Shown here piece after piece: positions 27,934 to 38,579 of a stretch of 64,000 nt of DNA (position 1 is its first letter; each line of letters starts with the position of its first letter). Below the pieces are notes generated by a model. It had not been told where the DNA came from. It saw nothing but the letters and a program-made list of their open reading frames with translations, and did not search any database. The position numbers and the translations under genes are program-made. Source of the stretch: an uncultured Collinsella sp. (lineage in GTDB: Bacteria; Actinomycetota; Coriobacteriia; Coriobacteriales; Coriobacteriaceae); assembly GCA_905212545.1 (NCBI GenBank), contig CAJMEW010000001.1, forward strand, positions 21,345 through 85,344, read 5' to 3'.

Positions 27934-28626
27934 ATGGAACAGCACCAGCATTATCAGAGCCTGCAAGACCAGGCGTACAACGCATTGCGGTCCAAGATCA
28001 TCTATGCCGAGCTCAAGCCCGGCACGCGCCTTTCGGCGATTGGTCTGGAAAAAGAGACGGGAATCGGGCGCACGCCCATTCGCGAGTCCTTTGTGCGTCT
28101 GCGCGAGCAGGAGCTGGTGGAAACGCGTCCCAAAAGCGGTACCTATGTCTCAAAAATCAGCATGGAGCGTGCCGAGAACGCCTGTTTCTTGCGCGAGAAA
28201 CTCGAGAGAAGCGTACTCATTAAATGCTGTTCTGCCGCCACGCCCGAACAAAAGCATCGGCTCGAGCAGATTCTTGCCGAGTCCGAGTCGCTCGACCATA
28301 GCGAAACGCGTCGCTTTTTCGATCTGGACAACCTGTTCCATGAGACATGTTTTGAGATTGCCGGTCGTCACATGTTGTGGGATTGGATGAAGAGCATCAA
28401 CACGCATTTTGAGCGATACAACTGGTTGCGTATGGTGTCGCAGGATCTGGATTGGGAGCCGATTCGTCGGCAGCATCGCCGGATTCTCGAGGCCATTAAG
28501 AGGGGCGATACCGACGCGGCGAGCTATCTGGCAGAGACGCACCTGCACCTGATGCCCGAAGAGCAGGGCCCGGTTATCGCCTTGCATCCCGACTATTTTG
28601 AGCTGTCCAAAGACTCGGCCATCTAA
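27934..28626 (+). CDS. GntR-family (FadR/FCD subfamily) transcriptional regulator (second copy)
   Basis: wHTH (LQDQAYNALRSKIIYAELKPGTRLSAIGLEKETGIGRTPIRESFVRL) plus FCD domain. 230 aa. GAGGGC RBS. Confidence 0.8.
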   Translation: MEQHQHYQSLQDQAYNALRSKIIYAELKPGTRLSAIGLEKETGIGRTPIRESFVRLREQELVETRPKSGTYVSKISMERAENACFLREKLERSVLIKCCSAATPEQKHRLEQILAESESLDHSETRRFFDLDNLFHETCFEIAGRHMLWDWMKSINTHFERYNWLRMVSQDLDWEPIRRQHRRILEAIKRGDTDAASYLAETHLHLMPEEQGPVIALHPDYFELSKDSAI

Positions 28627-28641
28627 CTCGTCCCCTTCATT

Positions 28642-28708
28642 AGTTGCGGTGAAATAGGGATTGTTTTGCGGCTCTGATGGTGTAAACAGTCCGTATCTCA
28701 CCGCAACT
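28642..28708. repeat. Family-1 hairpin repeat, copy 3 (AGTTGCGGTGAAATA ... TATCTCACCGCAACT)
   Basis: 15-bp arms with one mismatch, 37-nt loop. Lies 16 bp after the gntR2 stop. Confidence 0.8.
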
Positions 28709-28734
28709 GCCGGGGTACTATCGGGGCACAAAAA

Positions 28735-28806
28735 AGCTGCGGCGCCGCTTGGAGGAAAAGACCGGAAGCAAGGGTCCATTCCTCCAGACGGCGCCGCAGC
28801 TGTTTT
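28735..28806. repeat. Nested compound hairpin (outer AGCTGCGGCGCCG/CGGCGCCGCAGCT, inner TGGAGGAA/TTCCTCCA) with T-tail
   Basis: 13-bp perfect outer stem enclosing an 8-bp inner stem-loop, followed by GTTTTGG. Confidence 0.6.
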
Positions 28807-28965
28807 GGTGGCTCGGCTTTTGTCGAAGTGTCTCAGTTGAGCGCGGTTGCCAGCCGAGTAGGCAAAGCGGCTCGGGGGCGTGTCGCTTCCGTCACGTTCT
28901 ATCAGCATACAAGACGGTTTTGGTTCTTGTTCGTGACGGAAACGGCGCGCTTCCGAGCCGCTTTA

Positions 28966-29003
28966 AAAGAAAGGGGGCGAGGTCTAGGGCACGCCCCCTT
29001 TCA
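28966..29003. terminator. Terminator downstream of eda (minus strand)
   Basis: AAAGGGGGCG-aggtctagg-GCACGCCCCCTTT. Confidence 0.6.
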
Positions 29004-29019
29004 CGATAGAGAGCTAAAC

Positions 29020-29661
29020 CTAGTCGCGGACCTTCTTGACGACGTCCATGGCCTCGCGGGCGATCTGCTCGACCTTGGAGAAGTCGCCGTCGGCAAACAG
29101 GGCCGGCTTGACCATCCAGGTGCCACCGCAGGCGATGATGGCGGAGGAGCTCAGGTACTCCTCGACGTTGGCGGCGCTCACGCCGCCAGTGGGCATAAAG
29201 CGGTGACCGACAAACGGAGCTGCGAGGGCCTTGATGGTGTTCAGGCCGCCATACTGGGACGCGGGGAAGAACTTGGTGACCTTGAGGCCCAGGTTCTCGG
29301 CTGCGGTGACCTCGGAGGGGGTCACGGTGCCGGGAAGGACAGGCAGGTCGATGTCGATGCAGTGCTTCACGACGTCCTCGTTGTAACCCGGGGAGACGAT
29401 GAACTTGGCACCGGCTGCGCGGCCCTGCTCAACCTGCTCGACGGTCAGGACGGTGCCGGCGCCAACGCACATCTCGGGCTCGGCCTCGGCCATAGCGGCG
29501 ATGCACTCGGCGGCGCAGGCGGTGCGGAAGGTGACCTCGGCGGACTTCATGCCAGCTGCCATAAGGGCGTGGGCGAGCGGAGCAGCGTCCTCGACTTTGT
29601 CGAGCACGACGACCGGCACGATACCCAGGGACTCAAGCGTGGTGTAGAACTGATCGAACAT
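29020..29661 (-). CDS. eda: 2-dehydro-3-deoxyphosphogluconate (KDPG) aldolase / KHG aldolase
   Basis: GIVPVVVLD, active-site region GAGTVL, KFFPA..GG motifs. 213 aa. ATG 29661 with AAAGGA RBS. Confidence 0.85.
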   Translation of the reverse strand: MFDQFYTTLESLGIVPVVVLDKVEDAAPLAHALMAAGMKSAEVTFRTACAAECIAAMAEAEPEMCVGAGTVLTVEQVEQGRAAGAKFIVSPGYNEDVVKHCIDIDLPVLPGTVTPSEVTAAENLGLKVTKFFPASQYGGLNTIKALAAPFVGHRFMPTGGVSAANVEEYLSSSAIIACGGTWMVKPALFADGDFSKVEQIAREAMDVVKKVRD

Positions 29662-29735
29662 AATGTTCCTTTCGATGTATGGCGCGCATAGGCGCGTGAT
29701 TGCCAAATATGCTGGTCAGGAGCCGATTTTGGATT

Positions 29736-29830
29736 GGTTATCGGAGGCACTGCTTGGGGTTCAAGCAATTCCAAAACCGGCTGCTCGACCAGTCGTGTAG
29801 GGAATGCCAGACAAAACCGGAATGGGACTG
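29736..29830. repeat. Family-5 conserved leader element, copy B (between kdgK and eda)
   Basis: GGTTATCGGAGGCACTGCT at 29736-29754 and CCGGAATGGGACTG at 29817-29830, matching 25408-25495. Confidence 0.75.
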
Positions 29831-29914
29831 GTGGTTTTGCCCGGCCGGAGGAATCGGGGAGCGGGCCGCAGGGGTATGGGATTGGAAAGCTGCGGCCCGC
29901 GGAATGGAGACGGA

Positions 29915-30952
29915 CTAGCGCGCGACGCGGGTGCCACCGTCGGCGGCGGATGCCACGGCTGCGATCTCGTCTGCGGTCACCAAGTTGGAATCGCCCTTGA
30001 TGGTGAGCTTGAGGATCGAGGCTGCAATCGCGTAGTTGACGGCGTCCTGCGGGTCAAAGTCGTTGATGAGGGCATGGACGAAGCCGGCGTTGAAAGCGTC
30101 GCCGGCGGCAACGCCCTCGAGCACGTGCACATCGTGAGCAGGGGAGAACCAGTACTCGCCGCTCTCGGCGTCAAAGAGCATGCCCATCCAGATGGAGCGC
30201 TCGACGCAAGAGATGTTGCGGACGACCGAGGCGACCTTTTTGCAGCCGTACTCGGCGCAGATCTGACGGGCCATCTCGACGTAGGTGTCGCGCTCCTCGA
30301 TGCCATGGGCAAGGGAACCAGAGACGCAGGTCATGCCGAGGCCGGCGGGCGCATCCTCGTCGTTGGCGATGCAGATGTCGACGAGCGGCAGGAGTTCTTT
30401 CATGGTGGCCTGCGACTTCTCGGGCGACCACATCTTGCCGCGATAGTTCACGTCGCACACGGTGGTGATGCCCTTGGCGCGGCAGGCGGCGAGTGCCTCC
30501 TTGCAGGCGGCGGCCATCTCATCGGAGACGGCGGGGGTCACGCCGGAGAAATAGAAGACATCGATGCCCTTGAGGATCTCGTCCCAGTCAAAGACGTCGC
30601 GTTTGGCCATGTTGATGGCAGAGAACTTGCGGTCGTAGACGCAGCCGTTGCCGCGCTGCGAGGCGCCGACCTCAAACACATAGGAGCCAAGACGGTCGCC
30701 CTGACGCACGACGCGCGTTGTGTCGACGCCGTAGGCCTTCAGCGAGCGCAGCGCGCACTCGCCTAGGCGGTTGGCCGGGACAACGGAGACGTAAGCGGCC
30801 TTGTCGCCTTGGTAAGCCAGGGAAAGCGCGGTGTTTGCCTCGGCGCCGCCGTAGCGGACGTCAAACTCGGTTGCCTGCTCAATGCGCAGATGATCTTTGG
30901 GCGAGAGCCTCATCATGATTTCGCCGAAGGTAAGAACCGTTTTACCCATGGT
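29915..30952 (-). CDS. kdgK: 2-dehydro-3-deoxygluconokinase (PfkB family)
   Basis: N-terminal GEIMMRLSP and GGAEANTALSLA, C-terminal GAGDAFNAGF. 345 aa from ATG 30952. Confidence 0.85.
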   Translation of the reverse strand, partial: TMGKTVLTFGEIMMRLSPKDHLRIEQATEFDVRYGGAEANTALSLAYQGDKAAYVSVVPANRLGECALRSLKAYGVDTTRVVRQGDRLGSYVFEVGASQRGNGCVYDRKFSAINMAKRDVFDWDEILKGIDVFYFSGVTPAVSDEMAAACKEALAACRAKGITTVCDVNYRGKMWSPEKSQATMKELLPLVDICIANDEDAPAGLGMTCVSGSLAHGIEERDTYVEMARQICAEYGCKKVASVVRNISCVERSIWMGMLFDAESGEYWFSPAHDVHVLEGVAAGDAFNAGFVHALINDFDPQDAVNYAIAASILKLTIKGDSNLVTADEIAAVASAADGGTRVAR

Positions 30953-31003
30953 CGCGCAGCTCCTTCTTGCTCGTGCGTACACCTTTGATATGGCGTTGGC
31001 GCG

Positions 31004-31110
31004 GAGGTGCCAAGACGGTAGGGTACATCTTTGCACCTCCGCGCCAACGCTTGCCGAAATCGGTTTACGAAATCGGTTTCGTTTCGAGTTGTAGTATACT
31101 CACCTACAAC
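31004..31110. promoter_or_regulatory. Family-4 module, copy B: hairpin (18-bp stem GCGTTGGCGCGGAGGTGC, loop CAAGACGGTAGGGTACATCTTT), tandem boxes CGAAATCGGTTTACG / CGAAATCGGTTTCG (31066-31092), then TAGTATAC
   Basis: Divergent region between kdgK and the KdgR-like gene. Loop and boxes match copy A; stems are compensatory. Confidence 0.75.
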
Positions 31111-31184
31111 GTTTTGCAAGCGAGATTTTTAAAAAAATGCCTAAAATGGCTCAGACTGCTGACAATTGGGAAACGGGGTGCGCC

Positions 31185-32207
31185 ATGGCGCAGATGAGAA
31201 TCAAGGACATTGCCGCCGAGGCGGGCGTGAGCCCGGCCACGGTCTCGCGCTATCTCAACAACCGCCCCGGGCAGATGACCGAGGAAACCCGCGCTCGCAT
31301 CGCGGCGGTTATCGAGCGCACCGGCTATCGCCCACGTGCTGCCGCGCGCAATCTGCGCAGCTCGCGCACCAACCTCATCGGCGTGATCCTGGCCGACATC
31401 GCCAACCCGTTCTCCAGCGCTATGCTCGAGGACCTTTCCGCCAGCGCCGCCGCGCGCGGCTGCTCGCTCATGACGGCCATTAGCGGCAACGATCCCGCCA
31501 AGGAGGCCGAGTCGCTCACCAGACTTATCGATGCCGGCGTGGACGGCCTGGTCGTCAACACCTGCGGAGGCAATGACGAGGCGATCGCCGCGGCAGCGGG
31601 ACGTCTGCCCGTCGTGCTGCTCGACCGCGACGTTGCCGACGGCGGTGTCGATCTGGTGACATCTAACAACCGTGAGCTGGTCGCCGGCTTGGTAGACGCC
31701 TTGGCAGCTGCGGGCAGCGAGCGTCTGTGCCTGCTCACCGAGGCAAGCGACGATAGCCCCGTGCGTCGAGAGCGCGCCGAGGCCTTTGCCGACGAGCTTT
31801 CGCGCCGCGGCCTTGCGGGCGAGGTCGTCACCCTGGCCGACGGTGGCGCCACGGGCGTTGGCCGTTTGGACAAGACCATCCGCGACTACGCGGGCAAAAG
31901 GCTCGGCCTTATCGCCGTCAACGGCCTGGTTTTCCTGCGTCTGACCGAGGCGCTGGCGCAGCTTGGTCCCTCGCTGCCGGCGGGGCTCAAGATCGCGACG
32001 TTTGACGACTACCCCTGGAACCATGTGCTCTTTGGCGGCGTCACCACGGCCGCGCAGGACACCCTCACCATTGCCGAGCGCGTAGTCGAGCGCCTTTCCG
32101 AGCGCATCGACGTCGTTACCACCACCGTGGGCGAGGCCGCAAAGCTGGCGCCCAAACGCATCGAGATCCCCGGCCACATCGAACACCGCGCCTCGACCTC
32201 GCGCTAG
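31185..32207 (+). CDS. LacI-family transcriptional regulator, KdgR-like (candidate repressor of kdgK-eda)
   Basis: HTH_LacI (MRIKDIAAEAGVSPATVSRYLNN) plus a sugar-binding domain. Divergent from kdgK. Its own promoter carries the CGAAATCGGTTTCG boxes. Confidence 0.8.
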   Translation: MAQMRIKDIAAEAGVSPATVSRYLNNRPGQMTEETRARIAAVIERTGYRPRAAARNLRSSRTNLIGVILADIANPFSSAMLEDLSASAAARGCSLMTAISGNDPAKEAESLTRLIDAGVDGLVVNTCGGNDEAIAAAAGRLPVVLLDRDVADGGVDLVTSNNRELVAGLVDALAAAGSERLCLLTEASDDSPVRRERAEAFADELSRRGLAGEVVTLADGGATGVGRLDKTIRDYAGKRLGLIAVNGLVFLRLTEALAQLGPSLPAGLKIATFDDYPWNHVLFGGVTTAAQDTLTIAERVVERLSERIDVVTTTVGEAAKLAPKRIEIPGHIEHRASTSR

Positions 32208-32341
32208 CCGCTCGTTCGCAACTGCCTGTTCGCACACGTTTTTTGGGCGCTTGATACGCTTTAACCCTGCGGAAACATTTTTCTGCGATAGTATCTGCGA
32301 TATAGACCAGTCGAAACCCGCCCGAAAGAAAGGGGAGCGAC

Positions 32342-33679
32342 ATGAACCAGCAGAACATCGATTACGTACTCCGCTCCGTAGAGCAGCGTGACATCCGCTT
32401 TGTGCGTCTGTGGTTTGTCGACATTCTCGGCCGCCTCAAGAACTTTGCCATTAGCCCCGAGGACCTCGAGGTCGCTTTTGAGGAGGGTATTGGCTTTGAC
32501 GGCTCCGCCATCGAGGGCTTTGCCACGCCCGAGGAAGCCGACATGCTGGCGTTTCCCGATGCTTCGACCTTCCAGATCCTGCCGTGGCGCCCGAGCCACA
32601 ACGGCGTCGCCCGCGTGTTCTGCGACGTGTGCACTCCCGATTGCAAGCCCTTTGCCGGCGATCCACGCGATGCGTTGCGCCGCATGTTCTATAAGGCCGA
32701 GAAGGCCGGCTACCTGCTCAACGTTGGTGCCGAGCTGGAGTATTACTACTTCCCCGACGAGCACACGCCCGAGCCGCTCGACAACGTGGGCTACTTCGAT
32801 CTTTCGGTGAGCGATGCCGCCCGCGACCTGCGCCGCAACACGGTCCTCACACTCGAGAAGATGTCCGTGCCCGTGGAGTACACCTTCCACGCCGCCGGCC
32901 GCTCGCAGCACGGCATGAGCCTGCGCCACGCCGAGGCCCTGAGCATGTCAGACGCCATCACCACGGCCAAACTCATCATTAAGCAGCAGGCTTACGAGAG
33001 CGGTTGCCACGCCTCCTTTATGCCCAAGCCGTTGGCGGGCGAGGACGGCAGCGCCATGTTTTTGCATCAGTCGCTGTTCGACCACGACGGCAACAACGTC
33101 TTTTGGGGCGAGGACGACGAGAAGTACCATCTCTCCGATATCGCCAAGCACTATATGGCCGGCATCTTGGCGCACGCACGCGAAATCAGCGCCATCACCA
33201 ACCCCACGGTCAACTCGTACAAGCGCATCACCACGGGCGGCGACTCCGTGCCGCAGTACGCCACGTGGGGCCTGCGTAACCGCGCGAGTATGGTCCGCAT
33301 CCCGGTCTACAAGCCCGGCAAGCAGCTGTCCACGCGCATCGAGCTTCGTAGCCCCGACCCCATGGCCAATCCGTACCTGGTCAACGCCGTCACGCTGGCG
33401 GCTGGTCTCGATGGCATCGAGCGCAAGCTGGAGCTCCCGCCCGAGGCCACGGCCGAGACGCTCAAGCTCACCGACCGTCAGATGCTCGAGGCCGGCTACA
33501 CGCCGCTGCCGCGCTCGCTCAAAGAGGCGCTCGACGTGTTTGAGGACTCGCAGTTTATGAAGGATGCCCTCGGCGAGCACATCCACAGTTTCTTCCTTAA
33601 AAAGAAGCGCGACGAGTGGCATAAGTTTGAGTCCACGATCACCGAGTGGGAGATCAAGCACTACCTGGCGAACTCCTAA
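32342..33679 (+). CDS. glnA: Glutamine synthetase, type I
   Basis: GS beta-grasp and catalytic motifs (FDGSAIEGF, NVGAELEYY, KPLAGEDGSAMFLHQS, SVPQYATWGLRNRASMVRIP). 445 aa. Confidence 0.9.
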   Translation: MNQQNIDYVLRSVEQRDIRFVRLWFVDILGRLKNFAISPEDLEVAFEEGIGFDGSAIEGFATPEEADMLAFPDASTFQILPWRPSHNGVARVFCDVCTPDCKPFAGDPRDALRRMFYKAEKAGYLLNVGAELEYYYFPDEHTPEPLDNVGYFDLSVSDAARDLRRNTVLTLEKMSVPVEYTFHAAGRSQHGMSLRHAEALSMSDAITTAKLIIKQQAYESGCHASFMPKPLAGEDGSAMFLHQSLFDHDGNNVFWGEDDEKYHLSDIAKHYMAGILAHAREISAITNPTVNSYKRITTGGDSVPQYATWGLRNRASMVRIPVYKPGKQLSTRIELRSPDPMANPYLVNAVTLAAGLDGIERKLELPPEATAETLKLTDRQMLEAGYTPLPRSLKEALDVFEDSQFMKDALGEHIHSFFLKKKRDEWHKFESTITEWEIKHYLANS

Positions 33680-33729
33680 TCGCGCTGGCTTGTTCCAGTA
33701 CGATTGAGCTCATTTCTTTGGAGGCCGAT

Positions 33730-34392
33730 ATGTCCGAAAAGAGTGCCCTGTTCATGGCGCGCACGACGCGCTTCCACGAGTTTGCCCGCAGCTTGACGAC
33801 CACCCTGGGTGTCGAGGTGAGCCTGGCAACCCCCGATTCGCCGACTGCGGCGCACGACTTTGACCTGCTGATCCTCGACTCCGACGGCATCCGCAGCGAC
33901 CGCATCGATCAGATTGCCAAGTGGCTTGACGATCGCGGCGGTGTCCCCATGTTGGTGATCGTCGACGACGAGGCGCTCGGTACCTTGCGCCTGCCCAATC
34001 ACGCGCATGCCGACTTTGTATGCCCCACGGCGACGCCCAACGAGCTTAAGGCTCGTGCGCAGCGCCTGATGGGCGAGGAGGAGACCGTCGCCGCCGACGA
34101 TGTGCTCAACATCGACAACCTCGAGATTAACCTGGCTACCTACCAGGTGACGCTCGATAACGAGCCCATCGACCTGACGCTGATGGAGTACTCGCTGCTG
34201 AGCTTTTTGGCGACGCATCCCAACCGTGCCTACAGCCGCGAGGTGCTGCTGCACCGCGTGTGGGGCTTTGAGTACTGCGGCGGCACGCGCACCGTCGACG
34301 TGCACATTCGACGCATCCGCTCCAAGGTGGGCCCGCAGATCGCGGCGCACATCACCACCGTCCGTGGCGTGGGTTATCTGTTTAAGGACTAG
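33730..34392 (+). CDS. OmpR/PhoB-type winged-helix regulator with atypical receiver domain (GlnR-like orphan response regulator)
   Basis: C-terminal trans_reg_C (LTLMEYSLLSFLATHPNRAYSREVLLHRVWGFEY...TVRGVGYLF). N-terminal receiver lacks the canonical acidic pocket. Located immediately downstream of glnA. Confidence 0.65.
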   Translation: MSEKSALFMARTTRFHEFARSLTTTLGVEVSLATPDSPTAAHDFDLLILDSDGIRSDRIDQIAKWLDDRGGVPMLVIVDDEALGTLRLPNHAHADFVCPTATPNELKARAQRLMGEEETVAADDVLNIDNLEINLATYQVTLDNEPIDLTLMEYSLLSFLATHPNRAYSREVLLHRVWGFEYCGGTRTVDVHIRRIRSKVGPQIAAHITTVRGVGYLFKD

Positions 34393-34396
34393 ATTT

Positions 34397-34433
34397 CCAC
34401 CACAAAGGGGACAGGCATCTTTGTGGTGGTTTT
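34397..34433 (+). terminator. Family-2 terminator hairpin CCACCACAAAGGGG-acaggc-ATCTTTGTGGTGG plus T4
   Basis: Near-identical hairpin recurs at 50373, 51964, 52936 and 62878. Confidence 0.7.
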
Positions 34434-34598
34434 GACGCAGGCCGGGTCCTTTTGGGCCTGCAACAGAACTTAAGCCTTCCTAAAAGATTGCGTTCTCATA
34501 CACGTGCACCCGCATATTGGGGTACAACTCAACGTGAACAATGATGGCCCGCCACATGTTTGGCGGGCCTTTGGTTATTTGACGAAAGGATCGCAGCT

Positions 34599-36059
34599 AT
34601 GAGCGAGAACGATTCCCAGCGCCCCCAGGATGCGGGCAACGCCGGCGAGACCCAGCAGCAGCCGCGCGTGCAGGTGGAGTCGACGCCTGCCGACGGCAAC
34701 ATTCCCTACGTGCAGGCCTACGACACGCAGACCGGCAAGCCGCTGGGCGGCCAACAGGTCGTGAACAAGCACACGGTGGTCAAGACCAAGACCAAAAAGC
34801 TGCCGATCTTTATTACGGCGCTCGCCGGCTGCGCATGCGGTGCCCTGCTGGTCATCGCGCTCATTATGAGCGGCACGCTCGATATCGGCGGCGGCAGGAA
34901 CGCCGTGACGGCGGGTGCTTCGGGTTCATCGACGCAAAAGATCACCATCGACTCTGAGGACACCACGCTGGCTGAGGCCGTTTCTGCCAAGGCCTTGCCC
35001 TCCGTCGTTTCCATCACTGCTACTTCGAGCGGTAGCCAGAATGGCTCGCTTTCGCAGTCTGCCGACGAGTCGGACGGCTCGGGCAGCGTCGGCTCGGGCG
35101 TTGTGCTCGATACCGAGGGCCATATCCTCACCAACAACCATGTGGTCGATGGCTATGACCAGTACGTGGTGACCATGGATGACGGCACCACCTACGAGGC
35201 CGAGTTCGTGGGCAACGATGCCTCGAGCGACCTGGCCGTCATCAAGCTCAAGGACGCCGATGCTTCCAAGCTCACCCCGATCGAGATCGGCGACTCCTCC
35301 AAGCTCAACGTGGGCGAGTGGGTCATGGCGATCGGCTCGCCGTTCGGCAACGAGCAGTCTGTCTCCACGGGCATTGTGTCGGCGCTGTATCGCTCCACGG
35401 CCATGAGCTCTACCAGCGGCAACACCATCTACGCCAACATGATCCAGACCGATGCCGCCATCAACCCGGGCAACTCCGGTGGCGCACTCGTCAACGACAA
35501 CGGTGAGCTCGTGGGTATTAACTCGCTTATCGAGAGCTATTCGGGCTCCAGCTCGGGCGTGGGCTTTGCTATTCCCGTTAACTACGCCAAGAACATTGCC
35601 GACCAGATTATCGACGGCAAGACGCCGGTACATCCGTACATGGGCGCTACGCTTTCGAGCGTCAATGCGCTTAACGCCCGCACCAACAAGCTGAGCACCG
35701 ATAGCGGCGCGTATGTGGCAAGCGTCGTCGAGGACGGTCCTGCCGCCAAGGCTGGCATCCAAGAGGGCGATGTCATTACCAAGCTGGGCGACGACGAGAT
35801 TACGAGTGCCGATGGCCTGATCATCGCCCTGCGCAGCCACGAGGTGGGCGAGAAGGTCGAGATCACGCTCATGCGCGGCAAGGAAGAGAAGAAGGTCACC
35901 GTCGAGCTGGGCTCCGATGAGGAGCTGCAGAACCAGCAGCAGGATGACAGCGCGACCGACACCGGCAACGGCGGTATTACCGACGAGCAGCTGCGCCAGT
36001 ATCTGGAGGAGCTGTTGGGCCAGCAGGGCCAGGGTCAAGGCTACGGTCAGGGCTACTAG
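34599..36059 (+). CDS. htrA: HtrA/DegP-family trypsin-like serine protease with PDZ domain
   Basis: Catalytic triad context (HILTNNHVV, DLAVIK, GNSGGALVN), a PDZ domain, and an N-terminal TM anchor. 486 aa. AAGGA RBS. Confidence 0.85.
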   Translation: MSENDSQRPQDAGNAGETQQQPRVQVESTPADGNIPYVQAYDTQTGKPLGGQQVVNKHTVVKTKTKKLPIFITALAGCACGALLVIALIMSGTLDIGGGRNAVTAGASGSSTQKITIDSEDTTLAEAVSAKALPSVVSITATSSGSQNGSLSQSADESDGSGSVGSGVVLDTEGHILTNNHVVDGYDQYVVTMDDGTTYEAEFVGNDASSDLAVIKLKDADASKLTPIEIGDSSKLNVGEWVMAIGSPFGNEQSVSTGIVSALYRSTAMSSTSGNTIYANMIQTDAAINPGNSGGALVNDNGELVGINSLIESYSGSSSGVGFAIPVNYAKNIADQIIDGKTPVHPYMGATLSSVNALNARTNKLSTDSGAYVASVVEDGPAAKAGIQEGDVITKLGDDEITSADGLIIALRSHEVGEKVEITLMRGKEEKKVTVELGSDEELQNQQQDDSATDTGNGGITDEQLRQYLEELLGQQGQGQGYGQGY

Positions 36060-36087
36060 CGAGCCGTATCGCGTATATCGAGGCCAG

Positions 36088-36129
36088 AGGGGGCTGTCCC
36101 ATCAACGTGGGGCAGTCCCCTCTTTTCTT
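36088..36129 (+). terminator. Rho-independent terminator after htrA
   Basis: AGGGGGCTGTCCC-atcaacgt-GGGGCAGTCCCCT followed by CTTTTCTT. Confidence 0.65.
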
Positions 36130-36276
36130 ATTGATCCGTTGGGGATGGAGGAAAATGGATCATTTAGAGTTGATAAGAGCATGGTTTAATCGTGCAATCC
36201 ATCCCGGTTCGTCGACTGCCGATTCGATGCGGTTCGAAAGGGTTATTCGGCGCCATGGTGACCGGTGGTACTCTAG

Positions 36277-38538
<2,262 letters not shown>

Positions 38539-38544
38539 TGATTT

Positions 38545-38579
38545 GTTGAGGAACTGCGCAGAGGCTCAGTTCCTCAACA
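38545..38579. terminator. Hairpin between convergent ligA and the lipoprotein gene
   Basis: TGTTGAGGAACTG-cgcagaggct-CAGTTCCTCAACA, 13-bp perfect stem. No strong T-run on either side. Confidence 0.45.
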
